49,731 nt of DNA from a virus (taxonomy: Duplodnaviria > Caudoviricetes): positions 1 to 49,731 of the IMG/VR virus record IMGVR_UViG_3300044740_000032; one strand, 5' to 3'. Positions 8,864 to 18,395 of this stretch are shown piece after piece. Position 1 is the stretch's first letter. Each line of letters begins with the position of its first letter. The translations under genes and the position numbers were made by a program. The notes beneath the pieces are model-generated. The model saw only the letters and a list, made by a program, of their open reading frames with translations, searched no databases and was not told where the DNA came from.

Positions 8864-9749
8864 GGCGCTCGCCGAACCGCGGCTCTTTCGCAGCGAACTC
8901 CGGCTCGGCGAGGCGCTCGCGATTCAACCGCAGGCGCTCGACTTCTCGTACCTCTGGACGGGCATCTGCCCGAACGACCGGACCGAGGACGGCATCGCGA
9001 TCGTCCGCGTGAACGGTCCCTTGGAGCACCACCGAACTTTTTGGTGGGACTCTTATGAATCCATTCTCCAGCGCGTCGAAGGCGCGATGACCGGCCAGGA
9101 CCTCGTCGCCTACGACGAGTACGCGAACGGCTGGAAGAAGGACTACGAGGCGCCGGCGGCGATCCCCGCGCGTGCCGTGGTGCTCTGCCTCGACTCCCCC
9201 GGCGGCGAGGCCGCGGGCGCGACGTACGCGCACCGCAAGCTTCGGCGTCTGCGCAAGCAGTACAACGTCCCGCTGTACGCCTACGCGAACGAGATGGCGG
9301 CGAGCGCCGCCTACGAGCTCGCGGCAGCGTGCGACGAGATCTGGCTCCCGGACACCGGCAGCGTCGGATCGATCGGCGTCATCGCGACGCTGTTCGACCG
9401 CACGAAGGCGAACGAGCGCGCCGGCCTCCGCGTCGAGCTCCTCACGAGCGGCGAGGAGAAGGCCGACAACCACGCCGACCGGCCGCTCACCGACGAGATC
9501 CGGGCGCGCATGCAGGGCCGCGTCGACGAGCTCGCGCAGATCTTCTTCCGCGTCGTCGCCAAGGCGCGCGGCACCTCGCCGGCGGCGGTGGCCTCGCTCG
9601 AGGCGGGGATGTTCATCGGACAGCAGGCCGTCGACGTCGGCATCGCTGACGGCGTGGCGTCCTGGGACGCATTTCTTTCCACGGTCGCGCGCTCGCTCAA
9701 CGAGAGCGACCTCGACACCGATCAACCTGCGGCCGACGTGGCCGCGTGA
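8793..9749 (+). CDS. S49 (SppA/ClpP-like) head maturation protease
   Basis: LDSPGGE, MAASAAYELAAACDEI and GSVGSIGV motifs. Confidence 0.93.
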   Translation: MPRRDSRALRGGTAKSSNERERREALAEPRLFRSELRLGEALAIQPQALDFSYLWTGICPNDRTEDGIAIVRVNGPLEHHRTFWWDSYESILQRVEGAMTGQDLVAYDEYANGWKKDYEAPAAIPARAVVLCLDSPGGEAAGATYAHRKLRRLRKQYNVPLYAYANEMAASAAYELAAACDEIWLPDTGSVGSIGVIATLFDRTKANERAGLRVELLTSGEEKADNHADRPLTDEIRARMQGRVDELAQIFFRVVAKARGTSPAAVASLEAGMFIGQQAVDVGIADGVASWDAFLSTVARSLNESDLDTDQPAADVAA

Positions 9750-9763
9750 AGAGGAACAGGCAC

Positions 9764-10807
9764 ATGACTCTCCTCCAGCTCCAGAAGCGCCGCGACGATG
9801 CCCTCAAGGCTCTCCTCAGCGCCGACGGCGAGAAGGCGAAGACCAAGGCCGCCGCTGCGTACTCGGCGGCGGAACAGGCCCTCGCCACGTTCAAGTCCAC
9901 CCTCGAGTCCAAGACGGTCAAGAAGACCAAGAAGGAAGAGACGTACGAGGAGGAGGACGAGGACGAGGAGGAAGACGCGTCCGACGAGGAAGAGGACGAC
10001 GAGCCGAAGAAGCCCGTCGCCGACGACTCGGACGACGACGACGGGGACGACGACGACAGCGACGACTCGGACGACTCCGACGAGGACGAAGACGAGGATG
10101 CCGACGAAGACGAGGACGAAGAGGAAGACGAGGACGAGGACGAGAAGGCGCGCGCGTCGGCTCTGTCGTCGGCCCGGTCGCTCCTCAAGCTCGCGCGCAA
10201 GGGCGGCGACAAGTCGCTCGCGGCGGCGGCGAAGGCCTCGCTCCGATCGCTCAAGTCGGCCATGAAGCCCAAGGCGCTCGAGCGCTACCGCGCGCTCCGG
10301 GCGGCGTGCTCGCGCGTCACCGGCAAGAAGTCGACCCGCGCTATCGTCGGCGCGCTCGACGCGCTCGCCGCGACGGCGAAGAGCACCGAGAAGCTCTCGG
10401 CCGACGTCTCGCGGATCAAGGCGGCGAACAGGCGCACCAAGGTCGACGCGGCCCTCGCCGAGGCGAAGCGCGACGGCAAGGTCACGAAGGCCGAGATCGC
10501 GGCGCTCCGCACGCAGGGCCTCAAGGACCCGAAGTGGCTCAAGGGCTACCTCTCGCTCCTGCCGAAGAAGGTCCGCGGCCTCGAGGAGGCGCTCGTCGGG
10601 CAGACCCCCGAGAACCAGCACGAGGGCCAGGGGCGCGCGTCGCGCGCGTCGGTGGTGCTGGACGCTCAGAACCTCACCGCCGAGCAGCGCAAGGCGATCG
10701 AGCAGGCGGCGACGAACGCCGGCAAGAGCTTCGACGACTTCGTCGCCGACATGAACACGACTGCCGCGAAGGCTAACGGGCGCGCGCCTCTCCGGCACGA
10801 GCCGTAA
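9764..10807 (+). CDS. Probable scaffolding protein with long Asp/Glu tract
   Basis: Lies between the protease and capsid genes; helical Ala/Lys-rich; VDAALAEAKRDGKVTKAE resembles the Mu protease/scaffold C-terminus. Confidence 0.7.
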   Translation: MTLLQLQKRRDDALKALLSADGEKAKTKAAAAYSAAEQALATFKSTLESKTVKKTKKEETYEEEDEDEEEDASDEEEDDEPKKPVADDSDDDDGDDDDSDDSDDSDEDEDEDADEDEDEEEDEDEDEKARASALSSARSLLKLARKGGDKSLAAAAKASLRSLKSAMKPKALERYRALRAACSRVTGKKSTRAIVGALDALAATAKSTEKLSADVSRIKAANRRTKVDAALAEAKRDGKVTKAEIAALRTQGLKDPKWLKGYLSLLPKKVRGLEEALVGQTPENQHEGQGRASRASVVLDAQNLTAEQRKAIEQAATNAGKSFDDFVADMNTTAAKANGRAPLRHEP

Positions 10808-10880
10808 CCGCGCAGCCCGTCGCCGACCACCACGTTTCGAGCCTGCTCGCCGCTGACGGCGCGCGGGACGGGAGAGCTCC

Positions 10881-12098
10881 ATGACCGCTCTGATTGCAGA
10901 CAGGAAGACCGACAAGCTCGCGCCGGAAGACGTCGCGTACCCGGTACTGCTCAAGTACCCGGTCGAAGCCTCGACCAACATCTACGGCGGCGCCCTCGTC
11001 GCCATCAACGCCGCCGGCAACGCCGTGCCGGCGTCCGCGATCGGCGCGCTCAAGTGCGTCGGCCGGGCCGAGCGTCAGTGCCTGAACCAGGCGACCGGCG
11101 GCACGATCAGCCCGGACGGCATCGCGAACGGCAACGCAGGGTCGATCCTCGTGACCGTTCGCCAGGGGGTCTACTACTTCAACATCAACGCCGACTCGAC
11201 GATCACGAAGGCGAGCTTCGGCGCCAACGTCTACGCGAGCGACGACAACACCGTGTCGCTCAGCGACGCCGGTGGCACCCGACCGTACGCGGGGTGGATC
11301 ATCGATCCGCAGCAGACCGCGGCGCTCGGCAACATGAACCCGTCGACGTCGCAGGTCGGCGTCTTCGTCGGCGTCGCGAACCCGTACGCGCTGAACCCCG
11401 AGCTCGCGTCGTTCGCGGGCCAGTTCAAGGCGCGCGCGGTCGTGACCTCGCTCGCGGCGTACACGGGCACCGGCACCGGCACGCTGACGGCGAGCGCCAA
11501 CGGCGCGTGGGCGGCGCAGGACGGCGTCACGAACGCGGTCGGCGACATCGTGTTCATCCAGGCTGGCACCACCAACCTGACCGGCGCGGTCGACTCCGGG
11601 CCGTGGCAGATCTCGAGCCTCGGCGGCGCGAGCGCCAAGTGGATCCTGATCCGCCCGGACTGGTGGCAGAACGGGTCGACGATGCCCGTCGGCGCGGTCA
11701 TCGAGGTCGGCGGCGAGGGCTCGGTTTATCTCGGCACGTCGTGGAAGTCGTTCGCTGCGGTCGGCTCCGCCGTCGTGGGCACGAACGATCCGGCGTTCTA
11801 CGTGGGCCGCATCACGTTCGCAGTGACGCTCGTGACCGGATTCGTGAAGCTCGGCCCTACGCAGTCGTTCCCGGGTATCAAGAGCCTCACGACCAGCGGC
11901 ATCGAGTTTACGCCGACGAACTTCAACGGCGCCTCGTCGACCGTATCGTACCGCACGGGTGCCTACGCCTCGGGCGGATCGGCGACGGCGGCCGGCTACA
12001 TGGGCACGGCGACCGCGTCGATCACCGCGCTCGTCGCGGCAGGCACGTTCAACACGAGCGACGTCAGCACGGGCCTCATCACGCTCGTCAACTGGTAA
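10881..12098 (+). CDS. Capsid cement/decoration protein with C-terminal fibre-like extension
   Basis: N-terminal YPVEASTNIYGGALV...VYASDDNTVS resembles the cement gene preceding Mu-type capsid genes, followed by about 250 extra Thr/Gly-rich residues. Confidence 0.7.
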   Translation: MTALIADRKTDKLAPEDVAYPVLLKYPVEASTNIYGGALVAINAAGNAVPASAIGALKCVGRAERQCLNQATGGTISPDGIANGNAGSILVTVRQGVYYFNINADSTITKASFGANVYASDDNTVSLSDAGGTRPYAGWIIDPQQTAALGNMNPSTSQVGVFVGVANPYALNPELASFAGQFKARAVVTSLAAYTGTGTGTLTASANGAWAAQDGVTNAVGDIVFIQAGTTNLTGAVDSGPWQISSLGGASAKWILIRPDWWQNGSTMPVGAVIEVGGEGSVYLGTSWKSFAAVGSAVVGTNDPAFYVGRITFAVTLVTGFVKLGPTQSFPGIKSLTTSGIEFTPTNFNGASSTVSYRTGAYASGGSATAAGYMGTATASITALVAAGTFNTSDVSTGLITLVNW

Positions 12099-12199
12099 TC
12101 GCGCGCGCTCGAACAGCGAGCGCCGCCTGAACACCCGATCGCGCGCCCGCGCGCGTGCGCGATCGGACAACCCGCGTCCGCGCACGAGGGCATCCGACC

Positions 12200-13225
12200 A
12201 TGCTCATCACGCCGTCCAATCTCCAGATCCTCTTCACCGCCATCGAGACGCGGTTCTCGCAGGCGTTCACGATCGAGGAGCTCTTCTACACGCGCCTGTG
12301 CACCACGTACCCGGTCGGGACCGAGGCGTGGATCAGCGCGTGGCTCCCGATGACCGACAAGCTTCGGGAGTGGGTCGGCCCGCGCATCACGCGCACGCCC
12401 GCGCCGCAGACGTACATGGTCCCGATCAAGCTCTTCGAGGCCACGTACGGCGTCGACAAGTACAAGATCATGGACGACACGTACGGCGTCTACTACCCGA
12501 CGGTACAGCGACTCGGGCAGCAGGCGGCGAAGTGGCCCGACTACCAGCTCCGCGACCTCCTGCAAAACCAGGGTTCGTGGCAGGGCGCCTTCCAGAACGG
12601 CACCGACGGTATCGCCCACTGGTCGACCGCTCACCCGATCGACTTCTACGACTCGTCGAAGGGGACCTACCCGAACGACTACTCGAACGGCGGCGTCGTC
12701 ATCAACTCCATCACCGTCGGCGGGCGCCTGCACGCGAACGCGTTCGCGACCGTCGTCGAGGACATGAGCCGGCGCAAGTCGGAGAACGGCGAGTCGCAGC
12801 AGGTCAACGCGGACCTGCTGGTCGTTCCGCCGATGCTCAAGCTCACGGCGAGCGCGATCTTGCAGGCCCAGTTCATGGGCCTCCCGGTCGTCGGCTTCCA
12901 GGGCACCGGCACGGGCGCGAACGCGGCGCTCGTCGGCACGACCGAGAACGTGATGAAGGCGTGGACCGACATGCTGATGTGGCGCGACCTTGGCGGGTCG
13001 ACGAGCATCGGCGGCGGCACCTACGACGACATCTGGTACGTGCTCGACACGAGCAAGCCGATCCGGCCGTTCTCGTGGCTGCAGAACATGGCCGCGCAGT
13101 TCGCGTTCCTCATCAACCCGACCGACTCGGTCGTGTTCAACACGCACACGTTCCAGTACGGCGTCGAGGCGCGCGGTTCGGCGGCGTGGTCGCTGCCGTT
13201 CCTCAGCTCGCGCTCGGGGCCGTAA
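12200..13225 (+). CDS. Major capsid protein, Mu gpT-like
   Basis: LREWVGPR, FEATYGVDK..IMDDTYGVY, LLVVPPML, WYVLDTSKPIRPF and FQYGVEARG motifs. Confidence 0.92.
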   Translation: MLITPSNLQILFTAIETRFSQAFTIEELFYTRLCTTYPVGTEAWISAWLPMTDKLREWVGPRITRTPAPQTYMVPIKLFEATYGVDKYKIMDDTYGVYYPTVQRLGQQAAKWPDYQLRDLLQNQGSWQGAFQNGTDGIAHWSTAHPIDFYDSSKGTYPNDYSNGGVVINSITVGGRLHANAFATVVEDMSRRKSENGESQQVNADLLVVPPMLKLTASAILQAQFMGLPVVGFQGTGTGANAALVGTTENVMKAWTDMLMWRDLGGSTSIGGGTYDDIWYVLDTSKPIRPFSWLQNMAAQFAFLINPTDSVVFNTHTFQYGVEARGSAAWSLPFLSSRSGP

Positions 13226-13241
13226 TCGGAGCTCGCGGGCG

Positions 13242-13616
13242 ATGCGGCTCGAAGGATCCTACGAGGGCGAGGGCACGAACGTCGGCGCAGGCCTGCCGAG
13301 CATCGCGGCGGTGCCCGACGCGCCGGCGCGTCCTGCTCAGCCCAACGACGTCACCGTCGACCGTCGCCGTCGTCTTCGCACCTCGAGCGAGAGCGCGCGC
13401 GACGCCACGGCGATCAGCGTCGGCGGCGGCGACCAGACGCTCAGTGTCGCCGCGCGCGGCGTCTACATCGGCACGGCGGGAAACCTCGTCGTGCGCCTCG
13501 TCGACGCGACCGCCGACACCACGTTCTCGAACCTCAGCGCTGGCTCGTACTACCCGTTCGCGATCGCCATCGTGCGGCAGACGGGGACGACGGCCGCCGG
13601 CGTTCTCCTCCTCTGA
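13242..13616 (+). CDS. Head spike base protein (RcGTA Rcc01079-like)
   Basis: ARGVYIGTAGNLVVRL..TFSNL.AG..YP...VRQTGTTA pattern. Confidence 0.7.
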   Translation: MRLEGSYEGEGTNVGAGLPSIAAVPDAPARPAQPNDVTVDRRRRLRTSSESARDATAISVGGGDQTLSVAARGVYIGTAGNLVVRLVDATADTTFSNLSAGSYYPFAIAIVRQTGTTAAGVLLL

Positions 13617-13619
13617 CCC

Positions 13620-14054
13620 GTGGCCTACGCGACGCAGACCGACCTCACGAACGTCGGCGTCCCTGCGCAGGCGATTACGCCGCTCACGCAGGCGCAGATC
13701 AACGCGGCGCTCGACAACGCCAGCACGTTCGCCGACTCGTTCTTCCGCGCGCGCTGGGGCACCAACGCCGTCCCCCTCCAGGCGTGGGACTCCGCGGTCA
13801 CCGAGGCGGTCGCCAAGATTGCCGCGTTCCGGCTCCTCAAGGTGCGCGGCTACTCGCCCGGCAGCGGCGCCGACAGGCAGTTCCGCGAGGGCTACGACGA
13901 CGCCGTCGCGTGGCTCGAGAAGGTGCAGCGCCAGCAGGCCCACCCGCTCGTCACGCTGGCGTCCAACGCGACGCCGACGGTGCAGCCGAACCTCGTCTCC
14001 GGCTCCGTCATCGACCTCTCGAACGGCGCACGCGGCACCAACCGCGGGTGGTGA
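13620..14054 (+). CDS. Head-tail connector, Mu gp36/DUF1320-like
   Basis: MAYATQTDL, INAALDNAS..ADSF and YDDAVAWLEKV motifs. Confidence 0.85.
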   Translation: MAYATQTDLTNVGVPAQAITPLTQAQINAALDNASTFADSFFRARWGTNAVPLQAWDSAVTEAVAKIAAFRLLKVRGYSPGSGADRQFREGYDDAVAWLEKVQRQQAHPLVTLASNATPTVQPNLVSGSVIDLSNGARGTNRGW

Positions 14055-14058
14055 GCCG

Positions 14059-14913
14059 ATGCCAGGCATCGCGCAGCTCGTATCGCTGATCTCGAACGAC
14101 GTCGTCGCGAACCTCGCGACGCTGTCGCCGCCGGTGGTGCTGACCGACAACGGCATCGTGCTCGGCAAGGTGAGGCGCGCCGAGAACAGCATCGCGCCCC
14201 GCATCGTCTTCATCCCGAAGTCCTCGAAGTTCGGCCCCCGCTCCGTCTCGAGCGCGTCGAACGCCTACCCGCAGCGCGCGCCCGGCACGCGCATCCTCGG
14301 CATCGTCCCGACGGCGCGTGGCACCGGGTACGGCGGCGGCACCACGGTGTCGATCACCGGCGGGGGCGGCAGCGGCGCTGCGGCAACGCCCATCATCGTC
14401 GCCGGCGCCGTCGTCGGCTACTCGCTCACGAGCGCCGGGCAGGACACGTACACGTCGCCACCGACGGTGACCGTCAGCGGCACCGGCACCGGCGCGACGG
14501 CGCGCGCGATCCTCGACTACACGCCGGAGCAGCGCTCTCAGCTCCTCACGCGCTCGATCGCGACCGAGCTCGTGACGTTCATCGTCCACTGCTGGGGCGT
14601 CGCGCAGCCGCCGGACCCGAACGGCGACTTCGACGCGACGCAGGTGCTCTATCAGCAGGTCATCCAGAGCACGCACCGGCTCGCCGCCGGTCGCTACGAG
14701 GTCGGCCCGCTCCAGTGGGTCGACGCGCAGCCCGGCGCCACGCAGCTCGACGTCTACGGCCACGCCGTCGACTTCACGCTGACGCTGGCGACCCCGGTAC
14801 TCGACACCGCGCTCACGCTCGCGCCGGTCGGCACGGTCGGCCAGGCGACGATGCAGCTTCAACCCGCGGACGGCTCGGCGCCGGAGACCGCGGTGGTCAT
14901 CAACCCGCTTTAG
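14059..14913 (+). CDS. Neck/tail-terminator-like protein with an inserted Gly/Thr-rich beta domain
   Basis: Lies between connector and sheath; internal GTGYGGGTTVSITGGGGSGAAAT...YTSPPTVTVSG segment. Confidence 0.55.
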   Translation: MPGIAQLVSLISNDVVANLATLSPPVVLTDNGIVLGKVRRAENSIAPRIVFIPKSSKFGPRSVSSASNAYPQRAPGTRILGIVPTARGTGYGGGTTVSITGGGGSGAAATPIIVAGAVVGYSLTSAGQDTYTSPPTVTVSGTGTGATARAILDYTPEQRSQLLTRSIATELVTFIVHCWGVAQPPDPNGDFDATQVLYQQVIQSTHRLAAGRYEVGPLQWVDAQPGATQLDVYGHAVDFTLTLATPVLDTALTLAPVGTVGQATMQLQPADGSAPETAVVINPL

Positions 14914-14979
14914 CGCGCCCGCGAGCGCGCCACCTCAACACGCGGCCCGCGATGGCGGTCGCCGCGAAGGGACAGGTCC

Positions 14980-16488
14980 ATGGGTCTCGCGAGCGGCGAC
15001 GTCCTCATCACGATCTCGGACGGCGGAGGCGGATCCGTACTCGTCCCCGCGTCGAACACGCAGGCGGTCTACGGCTGCTGCCAGAGCGGTACGGCGAACC
15101 AGCCGTTCGCCACGCGATCGCCGGCGGCGCTCCTCTCGACGTTCGGCTACGGCCCGGCGACCGAGTACGCGGCGCTCGTCTGCCTCGCCGGCGGCACGGT
15201 GATCTTCAACAAGGTCGCGACCCAGACGACGGGCTCGCAGAGCGCGGTCACCTTCACGGGCACCGGCACGAGCGTTATCACGACGACGGGCAACTCGCTC
15301 GATACGTACTACGTCCTCGTCAAGGTCGTCACCGGCGGCACGATCGGCACGACCGGGATCATTCTCCAGATGTCGCTCGACGCGGGTCGCAACTTCTCGA
15401 GCGTGGTCGCGCTTGGAACGGCGACGACGTACGCGATCCCGCAGACCGGGATCACGCTCAACTTCGGCGCGGGCACCCTCGTCGCCGGCGACCAAGCGAC
15501 GTTCCAGGGCAAGGAGCCGACGTGGAACACGACGGGCGTGCAGAGCGCGCTCAACGCCTTCCTCGGCTCGCAGTACGGCCTCCTGCCGATCGGCTCGTCG
15601 TTCCTCGTCGGCGACCTCACCGGCGCGAACTGCACGACGATCCAGGGCTACCTCGACACGCTCGCCACGGGCTACGCGTTCACGCGCATGTTCGGCAACG
15701 CGCGCGACGCGTCGCCGGCGAGCAAGTGGGGCGGCACGGGCGAGAGCGAGGCCACGTGGATGGCCGCCATCCAGACCGACTACAGCGGCACGACGGCGAA
15801 GCGCTTCTGCATCTCCGGCGGTCACTGGAACATGCCGTCCGCCTTTCCGAACGGGGGCGTCGGCTTCCGCTACCGCCGGCCGCTCTCGTGGGCCGCGGGC
15901 GCGCGCCAGGTCCTCCTTCCGCCGCAGCGGCACAACGGCCGCGTGAAGGACGGCTCGCTCGCCGCCATCGCGCTCGACCCGGTAAACGACCCGCTCGACG
16001 GGTTCGTCTACCACCGCGAGGACGTCACCCCCGGCCTCGACTCGCTCACCGCGAGCGGCTCGGTCGGCGCGTCGCGCTTCATGAGCTCGCGCATGCGTCC
16101 GGGCCTGCCGGGCGTCTACATCACGAACCCGCTCCTGATGGCGGCGCCGGGCTCGGACTTCTCGCTGATGCCGTACGGCTCGGTGATGGACTTCGCGGCT
16201 GCGCAGGTCCACTCCGTCGGCCAGCAGGTCGTCAACGACGACGTCCGGCTCAACGCGAACGGGACGATCTACGAGAACGACGCGCGCACGATCGAGAACT
16301 CGCTCAAGCGTGCGCTCGACGCGACGATGACCAACGCGAAGATGTGCTCTTCGCTCACCGTCGCCGTCGACCGCACGACGAACGTCGGCCTGCTCAAGGC
16401 CGTGAACGTGACCGTGACGATCGTCTCGCGCGGCTACGTGCTGACCGTCAACGCGACGCTCGGCTTCGCGAATCCGCTGGTAGCGTAG
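14980..16488 (+). CDS. Tail sheath protein (DUF2586-like)
   Basis: 502 aa; GRVKDGSL, PGLPGVYITNPLLMAAPGSDF and the C-terminal sheath pattern; precedes the tube gene. Confidence 0.85.
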   Translation: MGLASGDVLITISDGGGGSVLVPASNTQAVYGCCQSGTANQPFATRSPAALLSTFGYGPATEYAALVCLAGGTVIFNKVATQTTGSQSAVTFTGTGTSVITTTGNSLDTYYVLVKVVTGGTIGTTGIILQMSLDAGRNFSSVVALGTATTYAIPQTGITLNFGAGTLVAGDQATFQGKEPTWNTTGVQSALNAFLGSQYGLLPIGSSFLVGDLTGANCTTIQGYLDTLATGYAFTRMFGNARDASPASKWGGTGESEATWMAAIQTDYSGTTAKRFCISGGHWNMPSAFPNGGVGFRYRRPLSWAAGARQVLLPPQRHNGRVKDGSLAAIALDPVNDPLDGFVYHREDVTPGLDSLTASGSVGASRFMSSRMRPGLPGVYITNPLLMAAPGSDFSLMPYGSVMDFAAAQVHSVGQQVVNDDVRLNANGTIYENDARTIENSLKRALDATMTNAKMCSSLTVAVDRTTNVGLLKAVNVTVTIVSRGYVLTVNATLGFANPLVA

Positions 16489-16577
16489 CGCACGGCGCGC
16501 GCGCACCGCCACAGACCACGCAACGGCCGGAGTAGCGGGCGCGCGCCCGGCCACGCGTCACCGACCGAGGTCGATGC

Positions 16578-17108
16578 ATGGCCACTCCGATCACGTTTCC
16601 GCTCATCAACGGCGTCCGGCACGCGTGGGCTTCGATCGAGATCAACGTCGCCGGACAGATCATTATGGGCATCAAGTCGATCAACTACTCGCGCACCAGG
16701 ACGCGCGTGATCGGCTACGGCACCTCGCAGGACCCGCTCTTCAAGACGCGCGGGAAGAACGAGTACAAGTGCGACTTCGAGATGTTCCTCGCCGAGTTCA
16801 ACTTCCTCCAGCAGATCCTGCTGGGGCAGGCGAACGGCGGCGTCGCGGCGGTGAACACCGGCGGCGCGGCCCCCGCGCAGACGGCGGCCGGTTACGGCGA
16901 CGTGTTCTTCTCGATCCTCGTGACGTACTCGGAGAGTGGCCTCGACACGATCCAGGATCGGATCGAGGGCAACACGCTCGACACGACCGACGCGTCCAAC
17001 AGCGAGGGCGCGGACCCGACGGTGCGCAAGGTCGAGACGAACCCGCTCAAGATCTACTTCAACGGCGCCGACGACGCGCAGTTCCAGCTCGCGCCGCCGC
17101 CGCAGTGA
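16578..17108 (+). CDS. Tail tube protein
   Basis: INGVRHAWASIEI..GIKSINY..YG....P...TRGK pattern; follows the sheath gene. Confidence 0.82.
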   Translation: MATPITFPLINGVRHAWASIEINVAGQIIMGIKSINYSRTRTRVIGYGTSQDPLFKTRGKNEYKCDFEMFLAEFNFLQQILLGQANGGVAAVNTGGAAPAQTAAGYGDVFFSILVTYSESGLDTIQDRIEGNTLDTTDASNSEGADPTVRKVETNPLKIYFNGADDAQFQLAPPPQ

Positions 17109-17119
17109 CAGGGTGACCG

Positions 17120-17380
17120 ATGACCCGAGAAGACCTGATCGCCGCGTGCAAGCAGAAGGACCCCGGGTTCTCGTACCTGCGCGTTCCGCTCGACGACGGC
17201 GGCGTGCTGTTCCAGGCGCGCGCCGCGGGGCTCGAGCACTCGAAGCGTCTCGCGAAGGGCGAGATGGCGGGCGCCGACGCCGCCGAGCTCGAGCTGCTCG
17301 AGGCCGCGCTCACGCACTACGACGACCGGCACGAGACGCCGGTGACCCACGTCGAGGGAAAGATCGTCGACACGAAATAG
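17120..17380 (+). CDS. Hypothetical protein
   Basis: 86-aa ORF with typical codon usage between tube and chaperone. Confidence 0.6.
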   Translation: MTREDLIAACKQKDPGFSYLRVPLDDGGVLFQARAAGLEHSKRLAKGEMAGADAAELELLEAALTHYDDRHETPVTHVEGKIVDTK

Positions 17381-17479
17381 CAGAACGACTCCGCGCGTAG
17401 GGGACGCCCGCGCGCTTGCAGCACGACCAGCGTCGCAGCCGACGGGCGTGGCGCTCCTCATCACCGAGAGAGGGACGTC

Positions 17480-17797
17480 ATGGCGCTCAGCGAAGAGCAG
17501 ATCCAGGAGTTCGAGCAGAAGCACGGCAAGGTCGCCCACTGCAAGGCCAAGAGCGGCGCGTGGGAGGCGGTCTTCCGCAAGCCGACGCGCCCCGAGTACA
17601 AGCGGTGGCGTTCGCAGACTGCGAACGAGGCGACGCGCGCCGACGCGCAGGAGATCCTGCTCACGTCGTGCGTCGTGTACCCGGAGCGCGTCGCGTTCCA
17701 GGCGCTGCTCGACCAGTACCCGGCGATCCCCGAGACGTGCGGGACCGCTGTCGGCAAGCTCCTCGACTGCGAGGTCGAGGAATCGGAAAAAGTCTGA
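17480..17797 (+). CDS. Tail assembly chaperone (G-like)
   Basis: Position; FRKPTRPEYKRW motif; ends in slippery G GAA AAA. Confidence 0.78.
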   Translation: MALSEEQIQEFEQKHGKVAHCKAKSGAWEAVFRKPTRPEYKRWRSQTANEATRADAQEILLTSCVVYPERVAFQALLDQYPAIPETCGTAVGKLLDCEVEESEKV

Positions 17798-17970
17798 GGT
17801 CGGCTCGCGCACGCCAGCGAGCCGACCTTTTTGCGTTCACGGACGGGCTGATGGCGTGGGCGCGCGGCGACGAAGACATCGAAGCCGAGGCGGCGGCGCG
17901 CGACGTCGCCGAGGTGATCGCGCTCGCGCGCGTGTGGCTGCGCGCGCAATTCAAGGATCCCGGGCGATGA
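17480..17970 (+). CDS. Tail assembly chaperone GT-like product via -1 frameshift at 17785-17791
   Basis: The -1 frame stays open to TGA 17970, which overlaps the next ATG; a 12-bp hairpin starts 5 nt after the slippery site. Confidence 0.72.
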
Positions 17971-18395
17971 GCATCTTCGGCAGGTACGAGTCGGCGAGCT
18001 CGCTGCCGGAGTTGATCGCGTCCGTCGATGCCGTCGCGAACAGCTTCAACGACTTCGCCGACGCCGTGGAGCGCAACATCGCCGACGCGATCCAGGAGCA
18101 GTTCGACGCCGGCGTCGGCCCCGACGGCGAGGCGTGGGAGCCGCTGGCGAACGGCGGACCGTCGCACCTCACCGACTCGGGCGACATGCGCGGCAGCGTC
18201 GTCGTCACGCATGTTGGCGGCGGCGAGGTAAGCGTCACCGTCGACGATCCGGCCGACTACCACCAGCGCGGGACGTACAAGATGCCCGCGCGCCAGATCC
18301 TGCCCGAGGACGACACGATGCCCGCGTCGTGGGAGGCGGCCATCGAGGCCGCGGCTGAAGAGGTGCTCGGGCCCATGAGCGCGGCGGCGGAATGA
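17967..18395 (+). CDS. Virion morphogenesis/tail completion protein (Mu gpG / P2 gpS-like)
   Basis: F..GVGPDGEAWEPL, LTDSGDMRGS and YHQRGT.KMPARQIL motifs. Confidence 0.85.
   Translation: MSIFGRYESASSLPELIASVDAVANSFNDFADAVERNIADAIQEQFDAGVGPDGEAWEPLANGGPSHLTDSGDMRGSVVVTHVGGGEVSVTVDDPADYHQRGTYKMPARQILPEDDTMPASWEAAIEAAAEEVLGPMSAAAE

Noticed and set aside
12099-12199. GC-rich hairpins between structural genes as a conserved ncRNA family
   Set aside because: The stems here and at 14914, 16489 and 17381 share no clear sequence motif and are expected at this GC content.
11959-14913. 984-aa ORF in the track
   Set aside because: Its first 700 codons are an off-frame shadow over the capsid, spike-base and connector genes; only 14059-14913 looks like real protein.
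7358-18395. Transposable Mu-like phage
   Set aside because: The head genes are Mu-type, but no MuA/MuB, Mor/C or gam was recognised, and replication is by initiator plus DnaB.
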